Shown here one piece after another: positions 46,368 through 55,305 of a DNA stretch of 64,000 bases. Source of the DNA: a virus; the IMG/VR virus record IMGVR_UViG_3300044642_000074, positions 50,809-114,808 of that record; one strand, given 5' to 3'. A program made the position numbers and the translations under genes. The notes beneath the pieces are model-generated. The model had not been told where the DNA came from and did no database searches. It was given only the letters and a program-made list of their open reading frames with translations. Each line of letters starts with the position of its first letter. Position 1 is the stretch's first letter.

Positions 46368-47809
46368 GAACCCTACTTGTCATATTATTTGGCTTGATGA
46401 CTTTGTGTACACAGGCTCAATCAATCACAGCTCCTCCTGGTAGAACATACCAGGTTAGCGTGACTGGGCAAGACGCAAGCGGTTTTGTTATTAGTGGGTA
46501 CAATACACAGACTTTGTTAACTTCTATAGGATTAGTTAATCCACCTGCAGGTGTATCATTTAGTATTACAACTACTACAGGTTTATCTTTTACAACAGGT
46601 TATAACTCTTGGACTAATCAAACCCGCGTGAGTTTTACTGGTACGCAAGCTAACATAAACAATGCGTTAGCTTCTTTAAAAATCAATACTGGATCTACAG
46701 TGGGAAATGTCCAGATATCTGTGTCTACTACAGAAAACCCATCCGGTTACTTTTATAATCCAATCAACGGTCACTTTTACAGACCTATATCTGCTGCTGC
46801 TACATATGATAATGCTAAGTCTTTGTCTGCTGGTCAGATATTTAAAGGTCAGACTGGCTATCTTGTAACAATCACTTCATCTAATGAAGAGTCTTTTATT
46901 ATAACAAATGTACCTCAGAGTAATATATGGTTTGCTCTTACAGATCGAGCTCAAGAAGGTTACTGGCGTATAGATGCAGGTCCTGAAAACGGCACTTTAA
47001 TAAAAACAGCAAACGGTCAGCTTAATGGTAACATTTCAGGCCAGTATAATAACTGGTGTGCCGGTGAACCCAATAACGCTGGTGACGAAGACTTTGCTGT
47101 AACCAAGTGGGGTGGGGGCAGTTGTTGGAATGACTTACCAGGAACTTCTAGTTGGTCTAATCCATATATAGTTGAGTTTGGTACTTGGACTAATCCAGCA
47201 GATGCTACTTTTACAGGATTTTATACAGCAAACACTACTAATACAGTAGCCGTAACTAACACTCTTACAGGAACTGTAAGTATACCCGCGGGATTAACGT
47301 CAAGACCGTTACTTACACTTTATAGAGTAGTAAACGGATCAGATGTATTGGTTGATTATAGAACAGTTAACACTGATGGTACATTTACTTTTACTCTTCC
47401 TAATCAGAACTCTACGTATAAACTAGTACCCTCACTTGCTATACAGGGTGTTACTTCTGTTGACTTTACACCAACCTTAAGTGAATGTTTGAATATTAAC
47501 ACTCCTAATAACATTAGTCCAGGTCTTTCTTTAACAGGGACCAAGCAGTGGAAAGCTGCAGACGTAAATAAGAATGGTATATTAGACCTAGGGGATGCTT
47601 TTTTGATCCTGGCACATACTACTGGATTAAGATTAATTACAGATGTCTTATGGTTTAACCCATCGGACTATGATAGTATAACAAGATCTAATTATTCTAG
47701 TATAAATCCAGTTAGCTTGTTTACTATAAATGTAGCTACTAGTAATGTTACACAGAATATAAAGTTTTGTATACTGGGTGATGTGAATTTATCCCACAGC
47801 TCAAACTAA
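46364..47809 (+). CDS. Exported C-type lectin domain protein with C-terminal dockerin-like domain
   Basis: Signal TQA|Q; NGHFY...GYLVTITSSNEESFI...WFALTD...EGYWR...YNNWCAGEPNN...CWNDLP; ADVNKNGILDLGD...LGDVNLSHS. Confidence 0.82.
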   Translation: MRTLLVILFGLMTLCTQAQSITAPPGRTYQVSVTGQDASGFVISGYNTQTLLTSIGLVNPPAGVSFSITTTTGLSFTTGYNSWTNQTRVSFTGTQANINNALASLKINTGSTVGNVQISVSTTENPSGYFYNPINGHFYRPISAAATYDNAKSLSAGQIFKGQTGYLVTITSSNEESFIITNVPQSNIWFALTDRAQEGYWRIDAGPENGTLIKTANGQLNGNISGQYNNWCAGEPNNAGDEDFAVTKWGGGSCWNDLPGTSSWSNPYIVEFGTWTNPADATFTGFYTANTTNTVAVTNTLTGTVSIPAGLTSRPLLTLYRVVNGSDVLVDYRTVNTDGTFTFTLPNQNSTYKLVPSLAIQGVTSVDFTPTLSECLNINTPNNISPGLSLTGTKQWKAADVNKNGILDLGDAFLILAHTTGLRLITDVLWFNPSDYDSITRSNYSSINPVSLFTINVATSNVTQNIKFCILGDVNLSHSSN

Positions 47810-47859
47810 AAAAGAAAAAGGTCTCAGGACTAGTCTATTTACTAATCCTGAGATACCTA
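47808..47859. terminator. Hairpin/terminator between convergent operons
   Basis: AGGT-CTCAGGA...TCCTGAG-AT-ACCT with an upstream A-run. Confidence 0.6.
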
Positions 47860-47978
47860 TATTATAGTTTGTTATACTTAGTTCTAAATAAACTTATAAC
47901 TACATATAACCTCTGCCTGACTTAGTCATGCATTCTATTCTTTTTTCTTCTACTAGCTTGAGAAAAGCTATGAACTTT

Positions 47979-49487
47979 TTAGACCACTGTATTACCTTCT
48001 TCATTTACTTTAGATATTTTATTGCCGTCAAAGACTATTACTTGTCCACGTTGAGAGTATTGCTTGATAACATCACCTTCAAAGTGGTTAAATCTAGCTC
48101 CTTCTAAGCCTATAAAGAAAGCTTTGTCTGTAAATACTCTGCAACGATCTTCTGCATCTGTAATAACTAGTGCGTTACGATCGTTTCTCTGGATACTACT
48201 TACAGCTGCGTCAATTGATGTACCGCCACAACAGTCTATCATAGAGATAGATATCAGATCATTGCGGTATTTCTTAACGCGGGTATCAAAGAGATATACA
48301 TCGTTTAGCATATCCATTTCTTTTAGCTTAGCTATCATAGATTTTGCAAAGTCTATACGGCTAATAGAATGACCATCATCAGTGCGGGACCCGCAACCGG
48401 ATGACATGGATCCGGATATGTCAACGTATACATCTATCTTACCTACAGCTTTAGTATCCTTTATTTGGATATCTTCTGCAAAGATCTTACGCAGTTTTGG
48501 ATGTAGTAGTTCATAGTCTTCAAGACCAGATACATCTTGAGCATTGAATAGATCCTCGTAGGTAGTGATCTTTCTGGATGAGAAATAACTAGCACTTTTG
48601 TCTAAGATCTTCTTGAGTTTTTCTTTCAATGCACCCATAGAGAGCTTGATATTAGCGAGTCTACCTGCTACTTGACGCATATAGTCAGGGCTTAGCTTAC
48701 TTGCTTCACCACCACCAGATTGGTTAGATTCATCAAACATTTTTTCTTGAATATCCTGTTCAAGATTTTCATCCATCATCTTACAAGTGTCTTGTGCATC
48801 CTGCATAGCACGATCCAGAGAGTTCTTACTAGTCTGGCTACCGAATATTTTGTCCATAGCTTTATCAGCGTCATCGTTGTTAAACTCTGAATCACCGTTT
48901 AACCCATTCATCAAGTCTTGTGCAGCATTCGGATCAACATACTCCATCTGGGTATATTGCATCAGATAGTACATCATCATGTTACGGGTAAATATGCTGG
49001 ATTTAAGGTTTGCACTTTCAGTCATGATCTTACCAACAGGATTGTTTGCTTTTTCCAGAAACTTAAACCTGGTATGGTTAGCATCAGTCCGCTCTTCAAA
49101 CTCAAGTTTATCTATCTTGTTGTAATACATCTTGAAGATATCATACTTAAGATGCTTAGGAAACTTATCATAGTTTTCTCTAAGCTTAGTATAAAACTTA
49201 CTAAAGTCTGGCTTCTTGTCATCTTGTATTTTTGCATACGCAGATGTCTTGCTAAAGTAGTCAAACTCTTTTTTGACTTTGGACTGATCTTGAAGTGATC
49301 CTTCTACTATACGAGAGATCTTACCTTCGTCTATATAGTGGACATAAGGTTTGATCAGGTCAGCTTTCTTATAAAAGTTTAGCTTACCAAATAAACCCTG
49401 GCTCTCTTTGTAGTGAGTTTGTATCTCACCTTTCTTTACTTTTTCAAGAATGGTATATACATTCTTGTATTGTTTACTTGAAGCCAT
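47979..49487 (-). CDS. vWA (MIDAS) domain protein, ViaA-like partner of the MoxR ATPase
   Basis: VYVDISGSMS, GGTSID, VITDAED. Confidence 0.85.
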   Translation of the reverse strand: MASSKQYKNVYTILEKVKKGEIQTHYKESQGLFGKLNFYKKADLIKPYVHYIDEGKISRIVEGSLQDQSKVKKEFDYFSKTSAYAKIQDDKKPDFSKFYTKLRENYDKFPKHLKYDIFKMYYNKIDKLEFEERTDANHTRFKFLEKANNPVGKIMTESANLKSSIFTRNMMMYYLMQYTQMEYVDPNAAQDLMNGLNGDSEFNNDDADKAMDKIFGSQTSKNSLDRAMQDAQDTCKMMDENLEQDIQEKMFDESNQSGGGEASKLSPDYMRQVAGRLANIKLSMGALKEKLKKILDKSASYFSSRKITTYEDLFNAQDVSGLEDYELLHPKLRKIFAEDIQIKDTKAVGKIDVYVDISGSMSSGCGSRTDDGHSISRIDFAKSMIAKLKEMDMLNDVYLFDTRVKKYRNDLISISMIDCCGGTSIDAAVSSIQRNDRNALVITDAEDRCRVFTDKAFFIGLEGARFNHFEGDVIKQYSQRGQVIVFDGNKISKVNEEGNTVV

Positions 49488-49579
49488 GTTAAAATTGTAT
49501 TAGCAGGTCATGAAGTTCTTGAAGAGTGGCCGGATTGGTTACCGGCACACTATCAAGATTAGGACTACTATGACCTATT

Positions 49580-50908
49580 TTAAAAAGTATTAGATACTGA
49601 AACTTCTTCCATCAAAGTGTCAAACTCTTCTGCAGACTGGTAGTCTTTACGTGCAGGGTGAGAAGATAAGATGTATTGCATAGACAGTTCGATCTCTTCT
49701 ACCTGAGTTTCATCCATGATACCACGGGAAACATAAGTATTAATAAGAGACTCTACGTCTGCAATAGCTAGTTCCAGTTGTTCATTGGTAGTATAGCTGT
49801 GCAGCATTTCTACCTTAGACATGACAGCTTTCACTTCTGGGCTCATCAGTTTATTCTGAAGTTCAGAACCGGCTGACTGACCAATCATGATCTGTGCTGT
49901 TTTTACAAGGGCTTTGTCCACACTGATGTCCCAGATATAACTTACTGCTTTAGTAAGTTTAGGTACAAATGTCAGTGTACGGTCAGAGCTGTGTTGGTAA
50001 CCAACCTCAAGATATTTCTCCAGTTTGTTTACTGGAATCTCTACTTTATCGATCTCAGCGTTATTGGGTACACCAATGCTGAATTTCTCACGGTAGTTAC
50101 GTGCACCTTTGTTGTAGTACTTTACAAGCTCACCGGCAGATACGCGGTTAACTGTCATCTTAAGCATGAAACGGTCCCAGAAAGGAGAGTCTGCTTCATC
50201 CTTAGGGATTTCATTACAGGTAGCAATGAATAGCTTCCATTTACAAGGAAGTTTGTGCTTGCCGTTAAATAAGAACTTCTCGTTCATTACACCCAGCATA
50301 GCGTTACGAATAGCTGAGCTGGCTTTATCTACTTCGTTAATAATAACGATCTCTGCATCTGCAATGGGAGCTGAAAGCTCATACTTGTTCTCGGTAAATA
50401 ACTTACCTAAGTCCGGCATACCCTTGATTTCAGAAGCTTTGGTACCTTCATCAGTCTCGAGGATATAGATCTTGTTAGCAAAGTCCTGGGCAGTCATCTT
50501 ACCATCTTTGTTAAGCCACGCTTTTGCGTACTCAATAACAGTTTTTGTTTTTGCTACACCTGGTTCACCTACTAATAAGCAAGGTAGACCTGTAGATTCT
50601 GCCAGGGCTAACATTTTAAATACTTCTTCCTTGTTAATCAAAGAAGTTTCAATGGTACGTACCTCTTGGGTAGTTTTTTTAGTGATAGTCTTCACTTTAG
50701 ACATGTTTACTTTGTTTGTAATGTTAGGACTTGGATTTACTTGTGTCTGCACAGGTTGCTGTGCCATGACGTTACTTGTTGGGCTTATGTGTTTTACCCA
50801 TCGTTGGATGCCGTTATAGTTCTTGGTAATCCACCAATTACCGTCGTTACCTCTGCGTATAGTGCCTTCTTTAAATATAGTAGCACTTTCTGTTGGACTC
50901 TGTCTCAT
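49580..50908 (-). CDS. MoxR/RavA-family AAA+ ATPase with an extra N-terminal GNDGN domain
   Basis: GEPGVAKT Walker A, IINEVDKASSAIRNAML, ATCNEIP, FWDRF; start taken at MRQSP (50908) after the upstream stop; MSKVK (50704) is an alternative. Confidence 0.85.
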   Translation of the reverse strand: MRQSPTESATIFKEGTIRRGNDGNWWITKNYNGIQRWVKHISPTSNVMAQQPVQTQVNPSPNITNKVNMSKVKTITKKTTQEVRTIETSLINKEEVFKMLALAESTGLPCLLVGEPGVAKTKTVIEYAKAWLNKDGKMTAQDFANKIYILETDEGTKASEIKGMPDLGKLFTENKYELSAPIADAEIVIINEVDKASSAIRNAMLGVMNEKFLFNGKHKLPCKWKLFIATCNEIPKDEADSPFWDRFMLKMTVNRVSAGELVKYYNKGARNYREKFSIGVPNNAEIDKVEIPVNKLEKYLEVGYQHSSDRTLTFVPKLTKAVSYIWDISVDKALVKTAQIMIGQSAGSELQNKLMSPEVKAVMSKVEMLHSYTTNEQLELAIADVESLINTYVSRGIMDETQVEEIELSMQYILSSHPARKDYQSAEEFDTLMEEVSVSNTF

Positions 50909-50909
50909 A

Positions 50910-51308
50910 TTAGAGGCTGGCGAAAGCAGCAAGCTCGTCTTCTGCTGTAGCAGATGTTTCTCCATTACTTTCTTTGTGCTCTGGTAAAGTACTTCCGCTT
51001 GAGATGGTACTGCTTGTATCAAAGCTAAGTATGCGTTCCAAAGACTCATCAGTCTTTGATCCGTCAGAGGATAAGGTGGTTGCTGCTCTTTCATTCTTAG
51101 TGTCGTCAATAATGTTAAATACTGTGATGTTGGTCTCTGCATCTTTAAGAGCAGGATGCTTACGGATCATAACAATCTGCTGATCTTTTGCATTGTACTT
51201 GTCTTGGATACTTCCATATCCTACGTCATCACGTTTTAGCCAAGTCAGGCCATTGTCGAGGTCTTCAAGGATCTGTGATACATACAGATCTACTTTGTTT
51301 ACTGCCAT
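50910..51308 (-). CDS. Hypothetical protein
   Basis: 132 aa with acidic low-complexity tail. Confidence 0.65.
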   Translation of the reverse strand: MAVNKVDLYVSQILEDLDNGLTWLKRDDVGYGSIQDKYNAKDQQIVMIRKHPALKDAETNITVFNIIDDTKNERAATTLSSDGSKTDESLERILSFDTSSTISSGSTLPEHKESNGETSATAEDELAAFASL

Positions 51309-51338
51309 AGTAGTTGTGTTTAATATATGATTGATTAA

Positions 51339-51914
51339 TTAATAGATTGCAAAACCTCCGCAGTTTCTGAGGAAGGCTATCCAGTTTTTGATTCTGCCGT
51401 AACTGGTACCGTGAGATGGTTGCACAATCATTCCGTCTTCTAGTACAATAGATGCATGTAGTATTGTACCGATAGGATATTTTTCAGTAAGCTTTTCTTC
51501 TATCTCTGATGGAATGAACGTCCCTTCGTTTGTATTCCAGCAATCAAGACAGAAATATATTATGTCATCATCTTCTTTTAGCTGATCACCAAGATTCTTA
51601 CTGATATAGTCTTCTAAAGCATCAGCTAGTTTGTTACATGTTTTAGGATTACGTAACCCTCCCCCGGAGTTGTCACCCCAACGAGATGTATTAATCCTTA
51701 GCTTATACTTACTCTGTACAATGTCACAGAGTGCATGTATTGGTCTCCAACCCCACCAGTTTGATTGGAAATACTCACCGGGGTTTTCTTCTCTATATTT
51801 GTCCATTGCTTCCCAATAAGATTCCTTTTCTGGTTCAGAAGCAGTACGGTAATCTATATGAGCTGGACGTTCTGTTGTAATTACAGGGTTAAGTCCTGTG
51901 ATATCTACTCCCAT
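51339..51914 (-). CDS. Hypothetical phage protein
   Basis: Start at MGVDITG just after the ung stop; YFQSNWWGWRPI...FLRNCGGFAIY. Confidence 0.7.
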   Translation of the reverse strand: MGVDITGLNPVITTERPAHIDYRTASEPEKESYWEAMDKYREENPGEYFQSNWWGWRPIHALCDIVQSKYKLRINTSRWGDNSGGGLRNPKTCNKLADALEDYISKNLGDQLKEDDDIIYFCLDCWNTNEGTFIPSEIEEKLTEKYPIGTILHASIVLEDGMIVQPSHGTSYGRIKNWIAFLRNCGGFAIY

Positions 51915-51915
51915 G

Positions 51916-52632
51916 TTACCATTGGATTTTGTACTGGGGACCGTTATTCTTTCCAAGAATCTCATTAGCCTTGTTGAAAATGTCGTTACAGTCCCAGGTA
52001 GTTTTAGTATATGCAGCCGATGCAGGATGGCTGGCTTTTAGAACATAGTGATGCTGGCTAATCAGAGGCTCTAATTCTTGGGCTTTAGAACCTAACAGCA
52101 TAAAAATCAGTCCTGAGTTAGTCAAGCTGAGCATGTCAAGTACGTATGCTATAAAGTCTTTCCAGATATCATAGTGAGTACCTACTTTGTCTACCTGTGT
52201 TGTTAGTGCACTATTAAGCATGAGTACACCTTGGTTAGCCCATCTGGTTAGATCAGGATCCTGATGTGTAGGATATCCATAAAATACTGTTTCTTCTATA
52301 GCTTCAAACATGTTGTTTAGACTGGGCTGAGGTTTGCCAGTAAGACCACAGGAAAATGCTATCCCATCTGCTACACCGAAGTGAGGGTAGGGGTCTTGTC
52401 CAATCATAACAATCTTAAGATCTTTCTCTGGGCATTCTTGAAAAGCTCTAAATACAAGCTTTAAAGGAGGAGTAAATCTTTTACCAGCATCTCTTTCTTT
52501 TAAGAGTTCATCAAGGATTTGATCAAAGTCTGAGCTTTGAATAAACCCTCGGAGTTTGGTTGCCCACCCAGATGGGGTAAGCTTTTCTATAAGCTTACAT
52601 TTTATTTCAGTAAGGTCTACAGTTTGTGTCAT
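51916..52632 (-). CDS. ung: Uracil-DNA glycosylase family 1
   Basis: GQDPYPH, ADGIAFS, WANQGVLMLNSALT, SHPAS; start at MTQTVDL. Confidence 0.93.
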   Translation of the reverse strand: MTQTVDLTEIKCKLIEKLTPSGWATKLRGFIQSSDFDQILDELLKERDAGKRFTPPLKLVFRAFQECPEKDLKIVMIGQDPYPHFGVADGIAFSCGLTGKPQPSLNNMFEAIEETVFYGYPTHQDPDLTRWANQGVLMLNSALTTQVDKVGTHYDIWKDFIAYVLDMLSLTNSGLIFMLLGSKAQELEPLISQHHYVLKASHPASAAYTKTTWDCNDIFNKANEILGKNNGPQYKIQW

Positions 52633-52665
52633 AAAGTTCTCTAAATTTGTAGTAAATAATATTCT

Positions 52666-52947
52666 ATGTCTACAGTTAAGTTGATCAAAAGTGATGCTCA
52701 GATATCTATTACTTTTGGTGCACCATTTATTCAGAAGATTCAAGCACTTATGCTTTATCTTACTGAGAACCATAGTGTTGAGGAGCTCACTGCTTTAAGT
52801 GAAGCAATCAAAAGCCAAGAAGAGTTATCTGAACCCTGGATGGAACATTTGCAAACTGTTATCACTCTGCTCAGAGAAATAGAAACTACAGCTGAAACTC
52901 AAGGTCAGACTGTAGAAACTAATGTTGATGATATTACCAAAGAGTAA
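52666..52947 (+). CDS. Lone plus-strand hypothetical protein
   Basis: 93 aa, fills the gap; TAAATTTG (-7 element) at 52642-52649. Confidence 0.65.
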   Translation: MSTVKLIKSDAQISITFGAPFIQKIQALMLYLTENHSVEELTALSEAIKSQEELSEPWMEHLQTVITLLREIETTAETQGQTVETNVDDITKE

Positions 52948-53329
52948 AGCCAACATTTTCTCCTATTTCCATAGCAGCTTGTATTGCCAGGGAGAGTTCT
53001 TCTTTAGAACACTCTGAAAAGCTTTTGGCTAAGAAGTATTCTTTTCCAGATACTTCCCTGGCTATACACAAACCTGCTCTATCTTTCACTAACAATTTCA
53101 TATTTTCTACGGTCTCACCTACGTGTGCAGAAAGTTGCTTGATTAATACATGCAGTTTAGCTAACTGTGGTAGGGTACCATCATCGTGTTGTTCTTCATA
53201 GAATACTTCTACGATCTGTCCTTCAGGTATATGTGATACAAACAGTTCAAACTGTTTAGAGGCAGCTAGTGTACTAAACTCCAAACGTCCGTTTTGTTTT
53301 ATATATTTACCTGTGAAGTGTAGGTTCAT
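52934..53329 (-). CDS. NinB/YbcN-like protein
   Basis: TLPQLAKLHVLIKQLS...KSFSECSKEELSLAI pattern. Confidence 0.5.
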   Translation of the reverse strand: MNLHFTGKYIKQNGRLEFSTLAASKQFELFVSHIPEGQIVEVFYEEQHDDGTLPQLAKLHVLIKQLSAHVGETVENMKLLVKDRAGLCIAREVSGKEYFLAKSFSECSKEELSLAIQAAMEIGENVGFTLW

Positions 53330-54431
53330 AGTCGGATACTTTTACTTCGTGATATTTGATTTTTCTAGGATCTAGATCTCTAAGAGCTTCTGCAACCCAG
53401 CGTTCGTCTACTGTGCCAGAATAGCAAAGTATGTGTATGATAGCTGTATCATCTGGGTTAAGTCTTAGTAGTCTTCCTATTCTTTGGGATGACTTTCGTT
53501 CGTTACCATATGCATGCATAATGATTCCGGCTCTGAGATTAGGGATGTTTACACCTTCATTAAGCTGTAATACACAAGAGAGTTCGTTGATCCTATCTCT
53601 CTTAAACATCTCAAGATTAGCTTCGGCATCTGGATTTTCTGAGTGTACACTGTACCTACAGATTCTATCTGCTTGAGCCTGCGTGTTACAAAAGACGATA
53701 CACTTGTCTTCTATTTCGTTAAGTAAATACTTAGCGTAAGTTTCTTTTGTTCTAAAGTCCATCATAACTCTCATCCGCATAACAGATGCTATCTGTTCTT
53801 GCTTCTTGGTCTGGGCTTCTACAATACGTTTGCTCCAGTAGTCATAACTTTTCTTTTCAGAAGTGTAGAAATCATTGTTTTTTACTTTAACAAGTAGATT
53901 GGTTATAAGATTGAGCGGCATCTTGTGTACGATGATTCTATAATCATTTAGAATATCATCACCAATAGCGTCATCAGTAATGTACTTATAAAGTATAGGA
54001 CAGTACTTTGCTACCATTTGACCTTTCTCAGTATTTCCGTACCTAGGTGGAGTACCTGTTAATCCAAGTATTCTTCCTTTGTAGTTAGCTAAGAAAGTTT
54101 CGTGTGTATCTAATAAACTATGACACTCATCTAGTACAATGAGATCATAGTTATGCGGGTTCTGCTTGTGTAACGACAAATATGTTGTGTAATCAGCAGA
54201 CTCTATATCTATGCCAAACTTTTCTGCGTCTGTCTTCCAAGTATCAAATATGCTAAGTTTAGGGGCTACAATCAGCACATTTAGCTTATCCATATTTGTT
54301 TTCTGAAAGTGATCTATGTAGCGTAATCCTATAAGAGTTTTACCAACTCCCATGGATATACCTAGGCCTACACGTCTTTGCTTTACGGCTATATCTAAGG
54401 CTTGCTGCTGGATTTCGTTACGTTTACTCAT
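53307..54431 (-). CDS. Superfamily 2 DExH helicase
   Basis: GVGKT, LDECH, GLTGT, LNEGVN, QRIGRLLR. Confidence 0.9.
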   Translation of the reverse strand: MSKRNEIQQQALDIAVKQRRVGLGISMGVGKTLIGLRYIDHFQKTNMDKLNVLIVAPKLSIFDTWKTDAEKFGIDIESADYTTYLSLHKQNPHNYDLIVLDECHSLLDTHETFLANYKGRILGLTGTPPRYGNTEKGQMVAKYCPILYKYITDDAIGDDILNDYRIIVHKMPLNLITNLLVKVKNNDFYTSEKKSYDYWSKRIVEAQTKKQEQIASVMRMRVMMDFRTKETYAKYLLNEIEDKCIVFCNTQAQADRICRYSVHSENPDAEANLEMFKRDRINELSCVLQLNEGVNIPNLRAGIIMHAYGNERKSSQRIGRLLRLNPDDTAIIHILCYSGTVDERWVAEALRDLDPRKIKYHEVKVSDYEPTLHR

Positions 54432-54906
54432 AGTTATTATCTTCTTCGTAATCGTCTTGGAATACTACTTCTACTTTTACTAGGTATCCGTTATTATCAT
54501 AAGTTGCTAAAACTGGATACATACCATCACCAAAAGCTGTACGGAATGCTACACCTACACCAGGATGACCCAGATTAAAGTTTAACTGTCCGTAACCTTC
54601 ATCTGATAGCGTGGCTTTAGCACAAGCATTATAACTGAACGGATGCTTTGGTGCGTGGTAATACTTTTGAGATTCCCACTCACCAGTAGCGTTAAGCTCG
54701 TTCATCGTCTTGCCGTACTGATCAATGATAGCTTCATAGTGTGGAAAGTCCACACGGTACTGAAGAATATCTCCAGTAGTTTTATGCATATATACTCTGA
54801 TGTCCTCAAAGTCTTCTTTGTTCCATTCAGAGTCTATATAACAGGGATCACATAACAGAAGCTGACCTGAGTCTACTCCTACGTGTCCTATTAGTCTTTG
54901 TTCCAT
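54424..54906 (-). CDS. DUF4241-like protein
   Basis: VGVDSGQLLLCDPCY...TAFGDGMYPV. Confidence 0.6.
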   Translation of the reverse strand: MEQRLIGHVGVDSGQLLLCDPCYIDSEWNKEDFEDIRVYMHKTTGDILQYRVDFPHYEAIIDQYGKTMNELNATGEWESQKYYHAPKHPFSYNACAKATLSDEGYGQLNFNLGHPGVGVAFRTAFGDGMYPVLATYDNNGYLVKVEVVFQDDYEEDNNYE

Positions 54907-54912
54907 AAATAA

Positions 54913-55305
54913 TTAGTTTAATCTGTTATCAGATAAACCAAGTTCCTTAGCTTCTTCTGGGTTTTCTTCTACCCATCTGTGGCAGTTTCTACAAAGTGCT
55001 TTCCAGGTAGACATGTTTAAATAGTTATCTCCTACACGTCCCATCATATGGTGTACATCAGTAGCTTTACTGGTACATCCAACTAGTTTAGCATGGCAGG
55101 TAGGATTGGCTATTAGAAACAAGTCACGTTTTTTGGAATATTCGTCCATCTCAACCCGTCTTTTTTTAGAGACAGGTGAGATAGACTTAGGCTTTTCCAT
55201 AGTATACCAGCACTCTTTACAGTACTTGTCTTTACCATGGGATTTCCATATTACTTTGCTTTGACTGCAGCCATTACAGATCTTGGTTTTTGTCAGTAGC
55301 ATCAT
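54913..55305 (-). CDS. HNH endonuclease-like protein with N-terminal Zn ribbon
   Basis: CNGC...CKEC; C...ATDVHH...LCRNCHRWV; start at MMLLTK. Confidence 0.75.
   Translation of the reverse strand: MMLLTKTKICNGCSQSKVIWKSHGKDKYCKECWYTMEKPKSISPVSKKRRVEMDEYSKKRDLFLIANPTCHAKLVGCTSKATDVHHMMGRVGDNYLNMSTWKALCRNCHRWVEENPEEAKELGLSDNRLN

Noticed and set aside
46364-47809. Diversity-generating retroelement target (C-type lectin fold)
   Set aside because: No reverse transcriptase or template repeat in the window; the lectin domain is internal and of canonical EPN type
50909-51142. N-terminal 78 aa of the 520-aa ORF-track ATPase
   Set aside because: Overlaps the 50910-51308 gene in another frame; an ATG at 50908 directly follows its stop
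52633-52773. N-terminal extension of Ung
   Set aside because: Overlaps the opposite-strand 52666 gene and the promoter gap; Ung-like sequence starts at MTQTVDL
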